Below, piece after piece: positions 12,112-24,555 of a stretch of DNA of 64,000 bases (positions are counted from its first letter, which is position 1; each line of letters starts with the position of its first letter). The stretch covers positions 1,302,001 through 1,366,000 of the forward strand of contig OZ287077.1 in assembly GCA_965645245.1 (NCBI GenBank), written 5' to 3'. The notes under the pieces are model-generated. The model saw only the letters and a program-made list of their open reading frames with translations, searched no databases and was not told where the DNA came from. The position numbers and the translations under genes were made by a program. The stretch is from Massalongia carnosa (lineage: Eukaryota).

Positions 12112-15100
12112 ACATTTGCAAAAAATTATCAAAAACGCGGCTGAAATGTTTATTCCGAAAACAAAAATATGTGCAAAATCGAAAAATTGGTGGTCGCAAG
12201 ATTTAACCGAACTTCGAAAAATCATGTGCAGGCATCGTCGAGAATGGAAGAATTATCCGTCCGATTTTAGTCATCGGACGTTTAAACATAGTCGAATTGA
12301 GTATTTTCATGCAATTCGAAAAGCAAAACAACAAACCTGGTTGACTTTTCTAGAAAATGCAGCGAATAAAGACGTGTTTACCGCGTATAAATATACTAAA
12401 CCGCGCATATTCGAAAAAATACCGCCGATTCTACATGAAAATAAGCTTAATGTTCAGTTTGATGACAAATGCGATGCGTTTGTGTCAGCAATGTACACAA
12501 AAAACCCATTTATAGACGATAATGTCGAAGATTTACCAAATCAAGACAGCGAAAATGATGATAATTGGCCAGATTTGACCGAAAACGAGCTGCAAAATGC
12601 GATTAATTTATTTAATCCGAAGAAAGCATGTGGACCTGATGCAATCAATTTTACAATTGTTCAAAAATCGTTTCAATCGTTGAAAAACGTGTTTTTCATG
12701 ATTTATTCGAAATTCATTCGAATCGGTTATCACCCGTTATGCTGGCGGACAGGACTCGGTGCAGTTCTGAAAAAACCTAATAAATCAGACTATTCGCTAC
12801 CAAAATCATATCGAATTATCACATTACTAAATTGTCTTGGTAAAATTGCTGAGAAAATCGTTGCAAATCGACTAGCCTACTTCGGCGAAAATTCGAATTT
12901 ACTAGATATCGAACAGATGGGCGGACGCAAAAATCATTCTGCAATTGACGCAGTAATGAACGTCGTTCATGATATCGAAATTGCGAATCGAAATAAAAGC
13001 GTTTTATCCTGTTTATTACTCGATGTCAAAGGCGCATTTGACTTTGTCTCGATTAATCAACTGCTAAATGTCATGAAAAAGCTGAAATTATCTCGCATAA
13101 TAATTCAATGGGTCAAGCATTTCATGACAAAACGATCGATCAATTTGATATTCGATGAAAACAAAAGCAAAACATATTATGTCGAATCAGGAATTCCACA
13201 AGGTTCACCAATCTCGCCTATTCTATTTCTGATTTACATTCGTCACTTGTTTCCGAAAATACGAATGAAATTTAATGCACATTCTCCCAGTTTTATTGAC
13301 GATGTTGCAATATATGTCGAAAATAAAACTGCAAAACAAAATTGCAAAGAAATCGAAATCATAGTCAAAACAGCTTTTGATTGGGCCGCATCGAATAACG
13401 TCAAATTTGATGACGATAAATCCGAGCTGATTCACTTCGAAAAGACAAGAAATGTATCGAAAGACACATTGGAATTACCAAACGGGACAGTACTAGAACC
13501 GAAAAATGTAGTCAAATGGTTGGGCGTCTGGTTAGACCGGAAACTGAATTTCAAAAAACACGTCGAAACGCGAATCTCTTCTGCGAATCGATCGTTTTTT
13601 GCAATTCAGAATTTGATGAAATCCGAATGGGGTCTGAAACCGACAGCATGCAGACAGCTCTATTTGTCATGCATTATTCCTATTTCGGACTATGGCTCAG
13701 AAATTTGGTATAATGGTCAAAAGAAATATGAAAAACTATTTCAGAACCTACAAAATCGAATGATTCGAAAGATTTTAGGAACTTTCAAAACCACACCTAT
13801 TCAGGCGATGGAAATTGAATCACATGTTTTACCAGTTAAACTTCGATTATTAATGAAAAATCAAAAATACGCAATTCGATTATTGAAGATTGCCGAAAAT
13901 AACCCTATTTGTCAAAGAATTCCAAATACATATTCGATAAAATTCGAAAACATCGGTTTTGACACTAGTTTATGGAACAACAAATATGCCGAATGGAACG
14001 AAGACGAAAAACAAACAAATAAACGACATCCTAGTCAGCTCATTCGCGTTCTTCATTCCGTTTCCAACATAGTTCACAAAACTGATGAGTTTGAACAATC
14101 AAATCATTTTATTAAACCTTGGAAATCGCCGTGCAAAATCGAATTCCAAATCGAAAATACAAAGGAATCTGCTAAATCAAGTTATTATTCGACCTTATCC
14201 AAAATTCAATCAATGAACTCCGATAAATCCCGAGTTTTACTTTATACGGATGGATCAAAAATCGAATTTGCAACGTCTGCAGTCACATTTGCGCCAATTA
14301 TGAGGAATTGGAGTAGTATTATCAATAATTTTGATCGATTTATCGAAAAAGATTGTCTGATCAAGTATCATACGATTTCGAAAAGCTGGAAATTAAGCAA
14401 ACAGTCAAGCATTAAAAATGCTGAACTGCATGCAATTTTACAAGCAATGAAATGGGTCTATAAATTGTCTAATACTAATATTTTATCGAACTTGGAAAAA
14501 ACGATTTGGATTTTTTCTGATAGTATAAACGCGATAAACGAAATTCATAACTCGACAAATCATATTTTCGCAAGACAAATTCGAAAGCTCGCAAAACGCT
14601 TATTTGAAAGCAATTATCAGGTGATTTTGCAATGGGTTCCGAGTCATTCGAATATTACCGAAAACGAAATTGCAGACAAAATAGCAAAGACGGGCCATAA
14701 TCAAATCCTAGTCGAGTCCTCGGCTATAACATTTGATTATGTAAAAGATCAAATAAATCAAAATATGCTAACCACATGGACGAATCAATGGCAACAATGC
14801 AAATCAAAAGGCAAATACTACGAGAAATTCGAAATGAAACCTGCCATATCGAGATTTTATTATTTATCAAACAACTGTTCCAAATTGATATTTGCTACTA
14901 TTATGCAATTAAAATTCGGACACGGCTATTTTCGATCATATTTACATCGATTGAAAGATTATAATTCGTCAAAATGCTCAAATCGATGCAATCAACGACA
15001 AACGCCAGAACACTTGTTATTGAATTGCATTCACTATTTCGATGAAATTCAAAACATGAAACAAACCATCGATACTACGATCAACTTGAATATGTTGTTT

Positions 15101-15466
15101 AATACAAAAATCGGAAATGACATTTTGATTAAATTCATTGTCAATAAAAAAATCGCGACTAGAAAATGGATACTAGGTCAGCTTGATGACGAGATTTTCG
15201 AAACTGGAGGTTGGGGAGAGATCGAACAGTAAAATCAGAAACGATTTATGCTGAAACAGTTACGAACTTACAAAGATAAATTGTAAAATCGATATTTTTC
15301 GGTTACTATAGGTTGTTACTAACACGGAGTAAAAATGGGGAAAAATTGACGATACATAGATGGGTTATAAAGGGTTGATTTATTTGTAATATAGAAACAT
15401 ATCCTAAAATAGTTTAGTGTCATAACCTTAGGTTGAATACACTTAATGAATAAATAAAATAAAAAA
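12112..15466 (+). mobile_element. LINE-A copy A3: 5'-truncated, open RT-RNase H frame (12116-15232), inserted antisense into A2
   Basis: 15-bp TSD AACGATTGAAACGAT at 12097-12111 and 15467-15481. Complete 3' UTR and tail. Confidence 0.95.
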
Positions 15467-18400
15467 AACGATTGAAACGATTTTTGAACAATTGTAAAAT
15501 TGATTGCATCAGGTCCACATGCTTTTTTAGGATTAAATAAACTAATCGCATTTTTCAACTCGTTTTCGGTCAAATCTGGCCAATTATCATAATTTTCGCT
15601 GTCTTGATTTGATAAATCTTCCTCATTATCGTCAATAAATGGGTTTTTTGTATACATTGCTGACACAAATGCATCGCATTTGTCATCAAACTGAAAATTT
15701 AGCTTGTTTTCATGTAGAATCGGGGGTATTTTTTCGAATATGCGCGGTTTAGTGTATTTATACGTGGTAAATACATCTTTATTTGCTGCATTTTCTAGAA
15801 AAGTCAACCATGTTTGTTGTTTTGCTATTCGAATTGCATGAAAATACTCGATTCGACTATGTTTAAACGTCCGATGACTAAAATCGGACAGATAATTCTT
15901 CCATTCTCGACGATGTCTGCACATGGTTTTTCGAAGTTCAGTTAAATCTTGCGACCACCAATTTTTCGATTTTGCACATATTTTTGTTTTCGGAATAAAC
16001 ATTTCAGCCGCGTTTTTGATAACGTTTTGCAAATATATCGCTGATTCGTCGAATTGATAATTATTCAATAAACTTTAAACTTGTGATTCGTAGATAGTTG
16101 AATTTTCGTCTAGATACTTCGTGAATTATTCCAATCGGCTTTATTGCAATTGTATTTATTCGATAATGCGGTTGCATGTGACGTCAAATTTTTGAAAGAT
16201 GCGATTATTTCAAATCGGATGACTTCATGATCTGAACCTGTGACTGCGTTTTCATCGATTGACCAATTTGTAATTGCATTTTCGATTTTAGAATTTGCAA
16301 AAGTTAAATCAATATGAGATGAAGAACTTCCAGCATGGGCGTAGTATGTACCTAAGTTAGGTGTGTTTATCAAACTACACCTGTTTAATTTCAACCATTT
16401 TACAAGATTTTCTGATCGAATTGCTTGTTGAATTTTCGAATTCCACCAGGTATGATGTGCATTGAAATCTCCGCAGATGACGAATTGATCAGTTGATTTA
16501 GGTTGTAATTAGATTAAAAGTCGATCGATCGTGTATGTTTCTCTATCACTTTGACTTTTTTTGTTATAAATATTGAAAATCTGCACTTTTCGAACTTCAT
16601 CAATTGTAATATCAGTAATTTGCATATCGGAATCGTCAATAAGATCCGTTCTAGGCGTGCATTGCAGTTTGGGATTGCCTTTTGTGAAAAATATAGCTAC
16701 TCTCGATCGATAAGTCGCTATTTTCGGCATAATACATGTAAATGACGGAAGTGATATTGTTTTTTGATCTCGTGTCCATGGTTCCTGAAACAAAACAATA
16801 AATATCAATTTGATTTTTTAAAGCATATTCCAAACACGATATCATTGCATTCGTTGACTTTGCACAATTATGTTGAATAATTTTAACATTTTGTGTATTT
16901 TCGATGTTTGTCAACGAATGCTGTCCTGCCATTACAAAGCGGCTAGTTCGTCAGTTGATTTTCGAACATTTAACGATATAACCATTTCACAATTTTCATC
17001 AATGGATTTGATGATTCTTGTTGCAATTCGCGCATTTGACGACGACGTGTGCAAAAGCAATTTTTTGACTTGCATGTTGTGCATTCATGATTGGTGTTTC
17101 ATGGTTTTGGGCACATATGTTGCATTTCGCTTGACTTTTGCATTGATAATGCTTGTGTCCAAATTTTTGACAATTAATGCATTGTTTGTTCGGACGAACG
17201 TAGGTAAATATTTCCGTGTCACAATGTCGGCCCGCGATATTGACTCCTTTTAACGCGTTCAAGGCCATATTTCGATCATTGAATGTCAAAACAACGGATG
17301 ATTTGATCTTGTTATGACGATCACGTGCTAGCCATCTGGGAACATCGCATAATTGCAAGTTCGAATTGAACTTTTTAATTTCGTCTAGCAAATATGGCAT
17401 GTTTTCATCAAATGTTACAATATTTACACCGTGTGCGACGACTTTGAACCACGATTCGTCCTTTCGAACTGTTCGTGGGTCGAATAAATGCTCCCATATT
17501 GATTTATTGTTCAATAAATCTTCAGCAGTGTTATCAGGACTAGTAGTCAGAACGATGTTTTGACCTGTTTTGGACTTTTCGACCGTGTTAACAACGATAT
17601 TCAATTTCGCGTCTTTAAAAAGCGAATTGATTTGGTTTCGAAGCAACAGTGAATCGATATCGCCGATTTGAGCTTTCGGTGTGGTTATCAATCGTCGAGA
17701 TTTGATCGCCTTGAAATTGTTAGTATTATCGAATTTGTTCGCATTCGAATTATTGTTGTTGTTCTTGTTTGTTTTTTTGGATCGAGGAACGGTAGTCCAA
17801 TTTTCGGAATTGACAGACACTTTTCCGAGCATTTGGCTCCATGTTCTAGCTGTATGGTTGACCTGCGGCCCTGGGACTCCGGCGGTTTCGCTCCGAATTT
17901 CAGGTTTGACGTTTTTAGTCAAATTCGAATTTCCATTTGAATTTCCCTTCGATTTTGTCTGTACAGGATGCACCGATTGTCTTTTTGTTTCTGGAATTTG
18001 GCTAGTTTGTTCTAGCACCCTATTCAATTTCCAATCAATCGTTTCTAACGTTGCTTTTTGCTTGATCGATTTCTTTGCCAGTAGAGAATTGACGTGATCG
18101 ATGACCATAGCCGTTTCAAGGTTTTGATCTATTACGAATGAGTCCAATAATGCATTTTTTGCCGTATTCAATAGTTGAATCTATTTTGATCGATTGATGA
18201 CTTCTTGACTTTCAATCGAATGTTCGTCTTTTGTTGCGTTTAATTGGTGGACTCAGTCGAATATCAGAATTCAATGATGGCATGGGCAGATTAGTACTGA
18301 ATTCACCAGATGGCGCGACAAAAGATTTCCCTTTGGGGGTAGGTGTGGACGGTACGGACGAAAATTCTCGCGTTTGGTCCATGGCCTCCGTGGATTCTAC

Positions 18401-18532
18401 GGTTAGGGGGTTGCTCCCAATTATCGCTACGAAGATGGCGTGGGGGAGTCGGTTCGGGGGGGGCCCGGTGGAGTACTCAGGGGGACCCATAGATGTTGTG
18501 GAGGGGGGCCTGGGGGAGGAGTTGTTGGTATC

Positions 18533-18848
18533 TGTTACAGCGCCGCCGTATAAGGCTGATTATTACTAAGCCTGATGAATCAGCGGTGCTGAACACAGTC
18601 ATACTATAGTCAGGTCAAGCGATGACTAATGGGACGGGACAGAATGTCTGAGCCCACGGAGGAACGTCCGCCCTTAGTTGACATAGTTGGCAGAGTACTA
18701 AAGAAACTCGACCTCGACTATTCCCACTGATCTATATAATATGGTGTTAGGCCCACCTAGATAGATCATTTTACAATTTAACTACTCCGTACTAAACTGT
18801 TCTACTCTTAACCAACTACACTACTCCTAGTCCAGAGTCACTCTCACA
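18533..18848. mobile_element. Solo LTR (316 bp) in A2 ORF1
   Basis: TGTTAC..CTCACA termini, 5-bp TSD GTATC/GTCTC. Removing it restores ggtatc|aatcgat as in A1. Confidence 0.88.
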
Positions 18849-21163
18849 GTCTCAATCGATTTGGTCTATGATCTATCGGGTAAAATCTTCGATTGAGCAC
18901 AGTGTTTTTGCCTTTGCAATATCCCTTTTATCGCCACCAAATAATTTATTCTGACTTTCCCCGGACGTACTAGTCAGAATAGAATTTACATCTGTTTACT
19001 GGTCAAATGACTCTTTCTTTCCTATCCCTATTTATTTGACTGAGGCGTCAAATAAATCGTAATCGGGTTAAAATAGACCGTTCCTCGCTAAGGCAGTAAG
19101 TCTTATTTAACCCTTAACCAGAGACTAAAATAGGTGAAAATAATGAAATTTATTTTTATTTTTTGTCAATAAAGATAGATTTTAATGCAATGTAAGACAA
19201 TAGGAGACTTCCTATTCTGATTAATCTGAAACAGGACCTTTGGTATAATCCTATTCCAGACGTTTTTCCCCTTCTTTTCAGTGATCTGTTGACCGGCAGT
19301 TTAACGAAGATCTATAAAGCCGAAAATGGAATGTGCAAAAATTATACGTGAAATATGCTATGAATATTTGTGCTTGCGGAAGTTCCCGTAACCTTAAATG
19401 AGGAATGAACTTATAGAAGACTTTGACGTCGCGACAGTTGTTGTACAGTCCCGCGAGAGTAGATATTTTTTGTAGATAATTTTTATAGTAATAATTGAAG
19501 GTCATGCGACAACAGAACAGAAGAAAACAAGAAAAAAAGAGCGATTTTTGGTGATGTTGTTGGTATTTGTTGTTTTTTCCAACTTCTAGAGCGCGCTTTA
19601 TCACGTCGGTCGCGTGCGACCAGCAGAAAAACTCTGCTGGAGCTTTGCTAGAGCTCTCCTACACTCAATCTGAGAGCGTTTTTGCTCTGGAGAAGCTCAA
19701 ATGACTGAGAAATAGAGGCTCAATTGACTGTTAAAGTTATAGTGTATCAAAAGTTGCGGTACTTGTGTTTCTTGTTGTTGTTGTTGCTTTATAAAGCTAG
19801 GTGAATGAGCATTGAATTTCATTCGTATTTTCGGAAACAAGTAACGAATATAAATCAGAAATAGAATTGGCGAAATAGGTGAACCTTGTGGAATTCCAGA
19901 TTCGATATAGTACGTTTTACTTTTGTGTTCATCGAATATCAAATTGATCGATCGTTTTGTCATAAAATGCTTGACCCATTGAATAACTATGCGAGATAAA
20001 TGCAGCTTTTTCATGACATTTAGCAATTGATTAATCGAAACAAAGTCAAATGCTCCTTTGACATCGAGTAATAGACATGATAAAACGTTTTTGTTTCGGT
20101 TTGCGATTTCGATATCATGAACGACGTTTATTACCGCATCGATTGCAGAATGATTTTTGCGTCCGCCCATTTGTTCGGTATCTAACAAGCTCGAATTTTC
20201 GCCGAGGTAGGCTAGTCGATTAGCAACTATTTTCTCCGCAATTTTACAAAGACAATTCAGTAATGTAATAATTCGATATGATTTTGGCAGCGAGTAGTCT
20301 GGTTTATTAGGTTTTTTTAAAACTGCACCGAGTCCTGTTCACCAGCATAACGGGTGATAACCGATTTGTATAAATTTAGAATAAATAGTAAAAAACACGT
20401 TTTTCAATGTTTGAAACGATTTTTGAACTATTGTGAAATTGATTGCATTAGGTCCACATGATTTCTTTGGATTAAACAAACTAATCGCATTTTGCAATTC
20501 ATTTTCGGTTAATTCGGCCAATTGTTGTCATTTTCGCTGTCTTGATTCGTTAAATCTTCAATATTATCGTCCGTGAACGGGTTTCTTGTGTACATTGCTG
20601 ACACAAACTCATCGCATTTGTAGTCGAATTGAACATTTAACTTGTTTTCATATTGAATAGGTGCTATTTTTTCAAACATGTGCGGTTTAGTGTATTTATA
20701 AGCTGTAAACACCTCTTTATTCGCTGCGTTTTCGAGGAAAGCCAACCAAGTTTGCTCTTTCGCTTTTCAAATTGCATGAAAGTACTCGATTCGACTATGT
20801 CTAAATGTTTGATGACTAAAATAGGACGGATTATTCTTCCATTCTCGACGATGTCTATACATGATTTTTCGAAGTCCGGTTAAATCTTGTGACCACCAAT
20901 TTTTCGATTTTGCGCATATTTTTGTCTTCGGAATAAACATTTCAGCCGCGTTTTTGATAACGTTTTGCAAATATAACGCTGATTTATCAAATTGATAATT
21001 GTTCAATAGACTTTGTATTTGGGACTCGTAGTTTATTGCATTTTCGTCTAGAAAGTTAACGAATTTATCCCAATCGGTTTTATTGCAGTTGTATTTGTTT
21101 TTACTCCGTGTTAGTAACAACTAATAGTAATCGAATTACCGCTCACACCAAAGACCACCTATC

Positions 21164-24100
21164 GAAACACAAGTACCGCAACTTTTGATACTCTAAAACT
21201 TTCACAGTCAATTGAAAATCTCTTTTTCAGTCATTTGAGCTCCTCCAGAGCAAAAACGGACTCAGATTGAGTGTAGGAGAGCTCTAGCAAAGCTCCAGCA
21301 GAGATTTTCTGCTGGTCGCACGCGACAGACGTGATAAAGCGCGCTCAAGAAGTTATAAAAAACAACAAATACCAACAATATCACCAAAAATCGCTCTTTT
21401 TTCTCACTTTCTTCTGTTCTGTTGTCGCATTACCCTCAATTATTACTACAAGAATTATCTACAAAAAATATCTACTGTCGCGGTACTGTACAACAACTGT
21501 CGCGACGACCAACTTTTTTGAAGTTCATTTCTCATTTAAGGTTACGGGAACTTCCGCAAGCTCAAATATTCACAGTATATTTCACGTATAATTTCTGCAT
21601 ATACCATTTTAGGCTTTATCGATCTCCATTGAACGGCCGGTCAACAGATCACTGAAAAGAAGGGGAAAAACGTCTGGAATAGGATTATACCAAAGATCCT
21701 ATTTCAGATTAATCAGAATAGGAAGTCTCTTATTATCTTACCTTGCCTTAGATCTATTTTTATCGCAAAAAAGCAAAAAAAAACCTTTCATTATTTTCAA
21801 CTATTGTAGTGTCTGGTAAAGGGTTAAATAAGATTTACTGCCTAAGCGAGGAACGGTCTATTTTAACCCGATTAGGATTTATTTGACGAGTTATTGTCAT
21901 ACAAATAGGGATAGGAAAGCAAGAGTCGTTAGACCTGTAAATTGGTGTAAATTTCTATTCTGATTAGTACGTCCGGGGAACATCAGAATAAATTATTTGG
22001 TGGTGATAAAAGGGATATTGAAAAGGCATATCGATTTATTTATTAAATCATGTTCAATCCGGTACTCCCTAGGACTCGACGAATTATATCGAGAGCCTCC
22101 CCGGGAACACCCCTGAGCACTCCTCAAAACCCTCCCCAAATGGAATCTCCGGGGCTCTCGTCAGTAGGACTTATAGAAAAATCGCCTGTACTTGACGAGC
22201 CTATGGATCAATCACATGAATATTCGTCCGCCCCGACTACGCCGACCCCAAAAGCAACCAAATTCCCATCTGGACAATTTACTACCAATCTACCCATGCC
22301 ATCGTTAAATTCTAATATAGAATTAAGCCCGCCCATCAAACGTAACAAACGAAAAACATTCGACGAACGAGTAGAGGAAAGCCAAGAAGCAATCAATCGA
22401 GCACAATCGATTGGATTACTCAAAACGGCTAAAACCGCGTTATTGAAGTCATTTGTCTTAGATCAAAATCCAGAAACAGCAATAGTCATTGATAATGTCA
22501 ATTCCTTATTGACAAAAAAATCAATTAATATCAAAACAACACTAGACATGATGAATTGGAAATTGGACAAGGTAATTGATCAGACTAGTAATCGAACCTC
22601 AGAAACAACGCGAAAATCGACTCGGGTTCAACAAGTCAATATGACTGAAAATCCAAATAAAGTCGTCAACACGAACGCACGAAAGGAAACCGCCGGGGTT
22701 ACGAGTACAAAGGTCAATAACACGCCTCCATCCTGGAGTCAAATGCTTGGAAAAGCAACTGCGAATTCCGAAAATTGGACCACTGTTTCCAGATCGAAAA
22801 ATTCGAGTCAAACCTCGAACAAACTCGACAAAACCGACGAATTAAATGCAATCAAACTCAGACGACTGATAATTACACCAAAAATTCAAATCGGCGATAT
22901 CGACTCATTGAAACTTCGAGATCAAATCAACGCGCAATTCAGCAACGCGAAGTTAGATATCGTAATCAACACGGTCGAAAAATCGAAAACCGGTCAGAAT
23001 ATCGTTCTCACTACTAGTTCGAAAAACACTGCTGCAGAATTGTTGGAAAACAAATCTATATGGGAACATATGTTCGATGCACAAAGAATTCGAAAAGACG
23101 AATCCTGGTTTAAAGTGATCGCACATGGAGTAAATATTGCAACGTTTGATCAAAATATGCAATTTTTGCAAAATGAAATCCAGAAATTCAACCTTAAGAT
23201 GGAATTGTGCGATTTACCCAGATGGCTAGCGCGAGATCGCGAAAATAAAGTCAATTCTTCGGTCGTTTTGACTTTTAACGATCGAAATCAGGCCTTAAAC
23301 GCGTTAAAAGGCGTAAATATCGCGGGAAAACACTGTGACACGGAAATATTTACTTCCGTTCGTCCGAATACACAATGTATTAATTGTCAAAAATTCGGAC
23401 ACAAGCATTATCAGTGTCGAAACAAATCAAAATGCAATATTTGTGCACAAAATCATGAAACACGTAATCATGAATGCATAACATGCAAATCGAAAACTGC
23501 GTGTGCACACGTTGTTGTGAAATGTGCAAACTGCAATAAAAATCATCAATCAAATGATGAACATTGTGAAATGTTTACTATATTAAATCCACGAAAATCG
23601 GCTGACGAATTATCCGCCTTATAATGGCAGGACAGCATTCGTTGGCAAATATAGAAAATACTCACAATGTCAAATTTATTCAACACAACTGTGGAAGGTC
23701 AACGAATGCAATGATTTCGTGTTTGGAATATGCTTTATCAAATCAAATTGATATTGTTTTGTTTCAGGAACCATGGACACGAGATCAAAAAACAATATCA
23801 CATCCGTCATTTACATGCATTATGCCGAAAATAGCAACTTATCGCTCGAGAGTAGCTATATTTGTCACAAAATGCAATCCCAAACTGCAATGCACGCCTA
23901 GAACGGATCTTATTGACGATTCCGATATGCAAATTATTGAAATTACAATTGATGAAGTTCGAAAAGTGCAGATTTTCAATATTTATAACGAAAAAAGTCA
24001 AAATGATCGAGAAACATACACGATCGATCGACTTTTAATCAAATATCAACCTACATCAACTAATCAATTTATCATATGTGGAGATTTCAATGCACATCAT

Positions 24101-24222
24101 AACTGGTGGAATTCGAAAATTCAACATGCAATTCGATCAGAAAATTTAGTCAAATGGTTGAAAATAAACAAATGTAGTTTGATAAACACACCTGATTTAT
24201 GCACATTCTACGCCCATTCTGG
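21164..24222 (+). mobile_element. LINE-A copy A4: complete 5' UTR, divergent ORF1, 3'-truncated within the endonuclease
   Basis: 5' UTR homologous to A2 starting at gaaacacaagtaccgc. TAATG junction at 23622-23626. Homology stops after ..YAHSG. Confidence 0.92.
22050..23624 (+). CDS. LINE ORF1 variant (524 aa)
   Basis: Intact ORF, homologous to 679-2337 with the same Cys/His knuckles. Confidence 0.9.
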   Translation: MFNPVLPRTRRIISRASPGTPLSTPQNPPQMESPGLSSVGLIEKSPVLDEPMDQSHEYSSAPTTPTPKATKFPSGQFTTNLPMPSLNSNIELSPPIKRNKRKTFDERVEESQEAINRAQSIGLLKTAKTALLKSFVLDQNPETAIVIDNVNSLLTKKSINIKTTLDMMNWKLDKVIDQTSNRTSETTRKSTRVQQVNMTENPNKVVNTNARKETAGVTSTKVNNTPPSWSQMLGKATANSENWTTVSRSKNSSQTSNKLDKTDELNAIKLRRLIITPKIQIGDIDSLKLRDQINAQFSNAKLDIVINTVEKSKTGQNIVLTTSSKNTAAELLENKSIWEHMFDAQRIRKDESWFKVIAHGVNIATFDQNMQFLQNEIQKFNLKMELCDLPRWLARDRENKVNSSVVLTFNDRNQALNALKGVNIAGKHCDTEIFTSVRPNTQCINCQKFGHKHYQCRNKSKCNICAQNHETRNHECITCKSKTACAHVVVKCANCNKNHQSNDEHCEMFTILNPRKSADELSAL

Positions 24223-24555
24223 GATTCCGTCCTTTGATTTTTCGAATGTGGTTTCAGAATAGGGTTTCATTGAGAGTATTCAAGGCTTGCATCGACCGAC
24301 TATGGTGTCTTTCTGAGTTTATAATGTGCCTTCCCTCGTGATTGAGCAGGCTTCAGGTCTACGAGATCCAACGATCAGCTTGCCACCTTCTCCACTCTTA
24401 TGATACAATGGAAAAGCTTGATAGTAAACGATCTTGCACTCGAGAGCAATGCAGTTAAATATCATTTCCTAAACAGTGCTCCTGATATTCTGAGCTCTTT
24501 TCACCGCTGAATATCAGAACTCGATACAGATAAGACTCGAGACGGACGAGCCTAC

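Larger units (their letters stand above)
9377..19789 (-). mobile_element. LINE-A copy A2: full-length with complete ~870-nt 5' UTR, degenerate, interrupted by A3 and a solo LTR
   Basis: Collinear reverse complement of A1. ORF1 ~18900-16932, ORF2 16932 to ~9620 with frameshifts and an internal deletion near 9705. Confidence 0.93.
7783..21098 (-). mobile_element. Divergent LINE-A subfamily copy (LINE-B), degenerate ORF2 in two parts (7783-8965 and 19790-21098), split by the A2 insertion
   Basis: RT reads ..HSPSFI at 19790 and resumes ..NFIDD at 8950. TSD TATAAAG(T/C)TAGGT at 8953-8965 and 19790-19802. Several stops and frameshifts. Confidence 0.88.
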
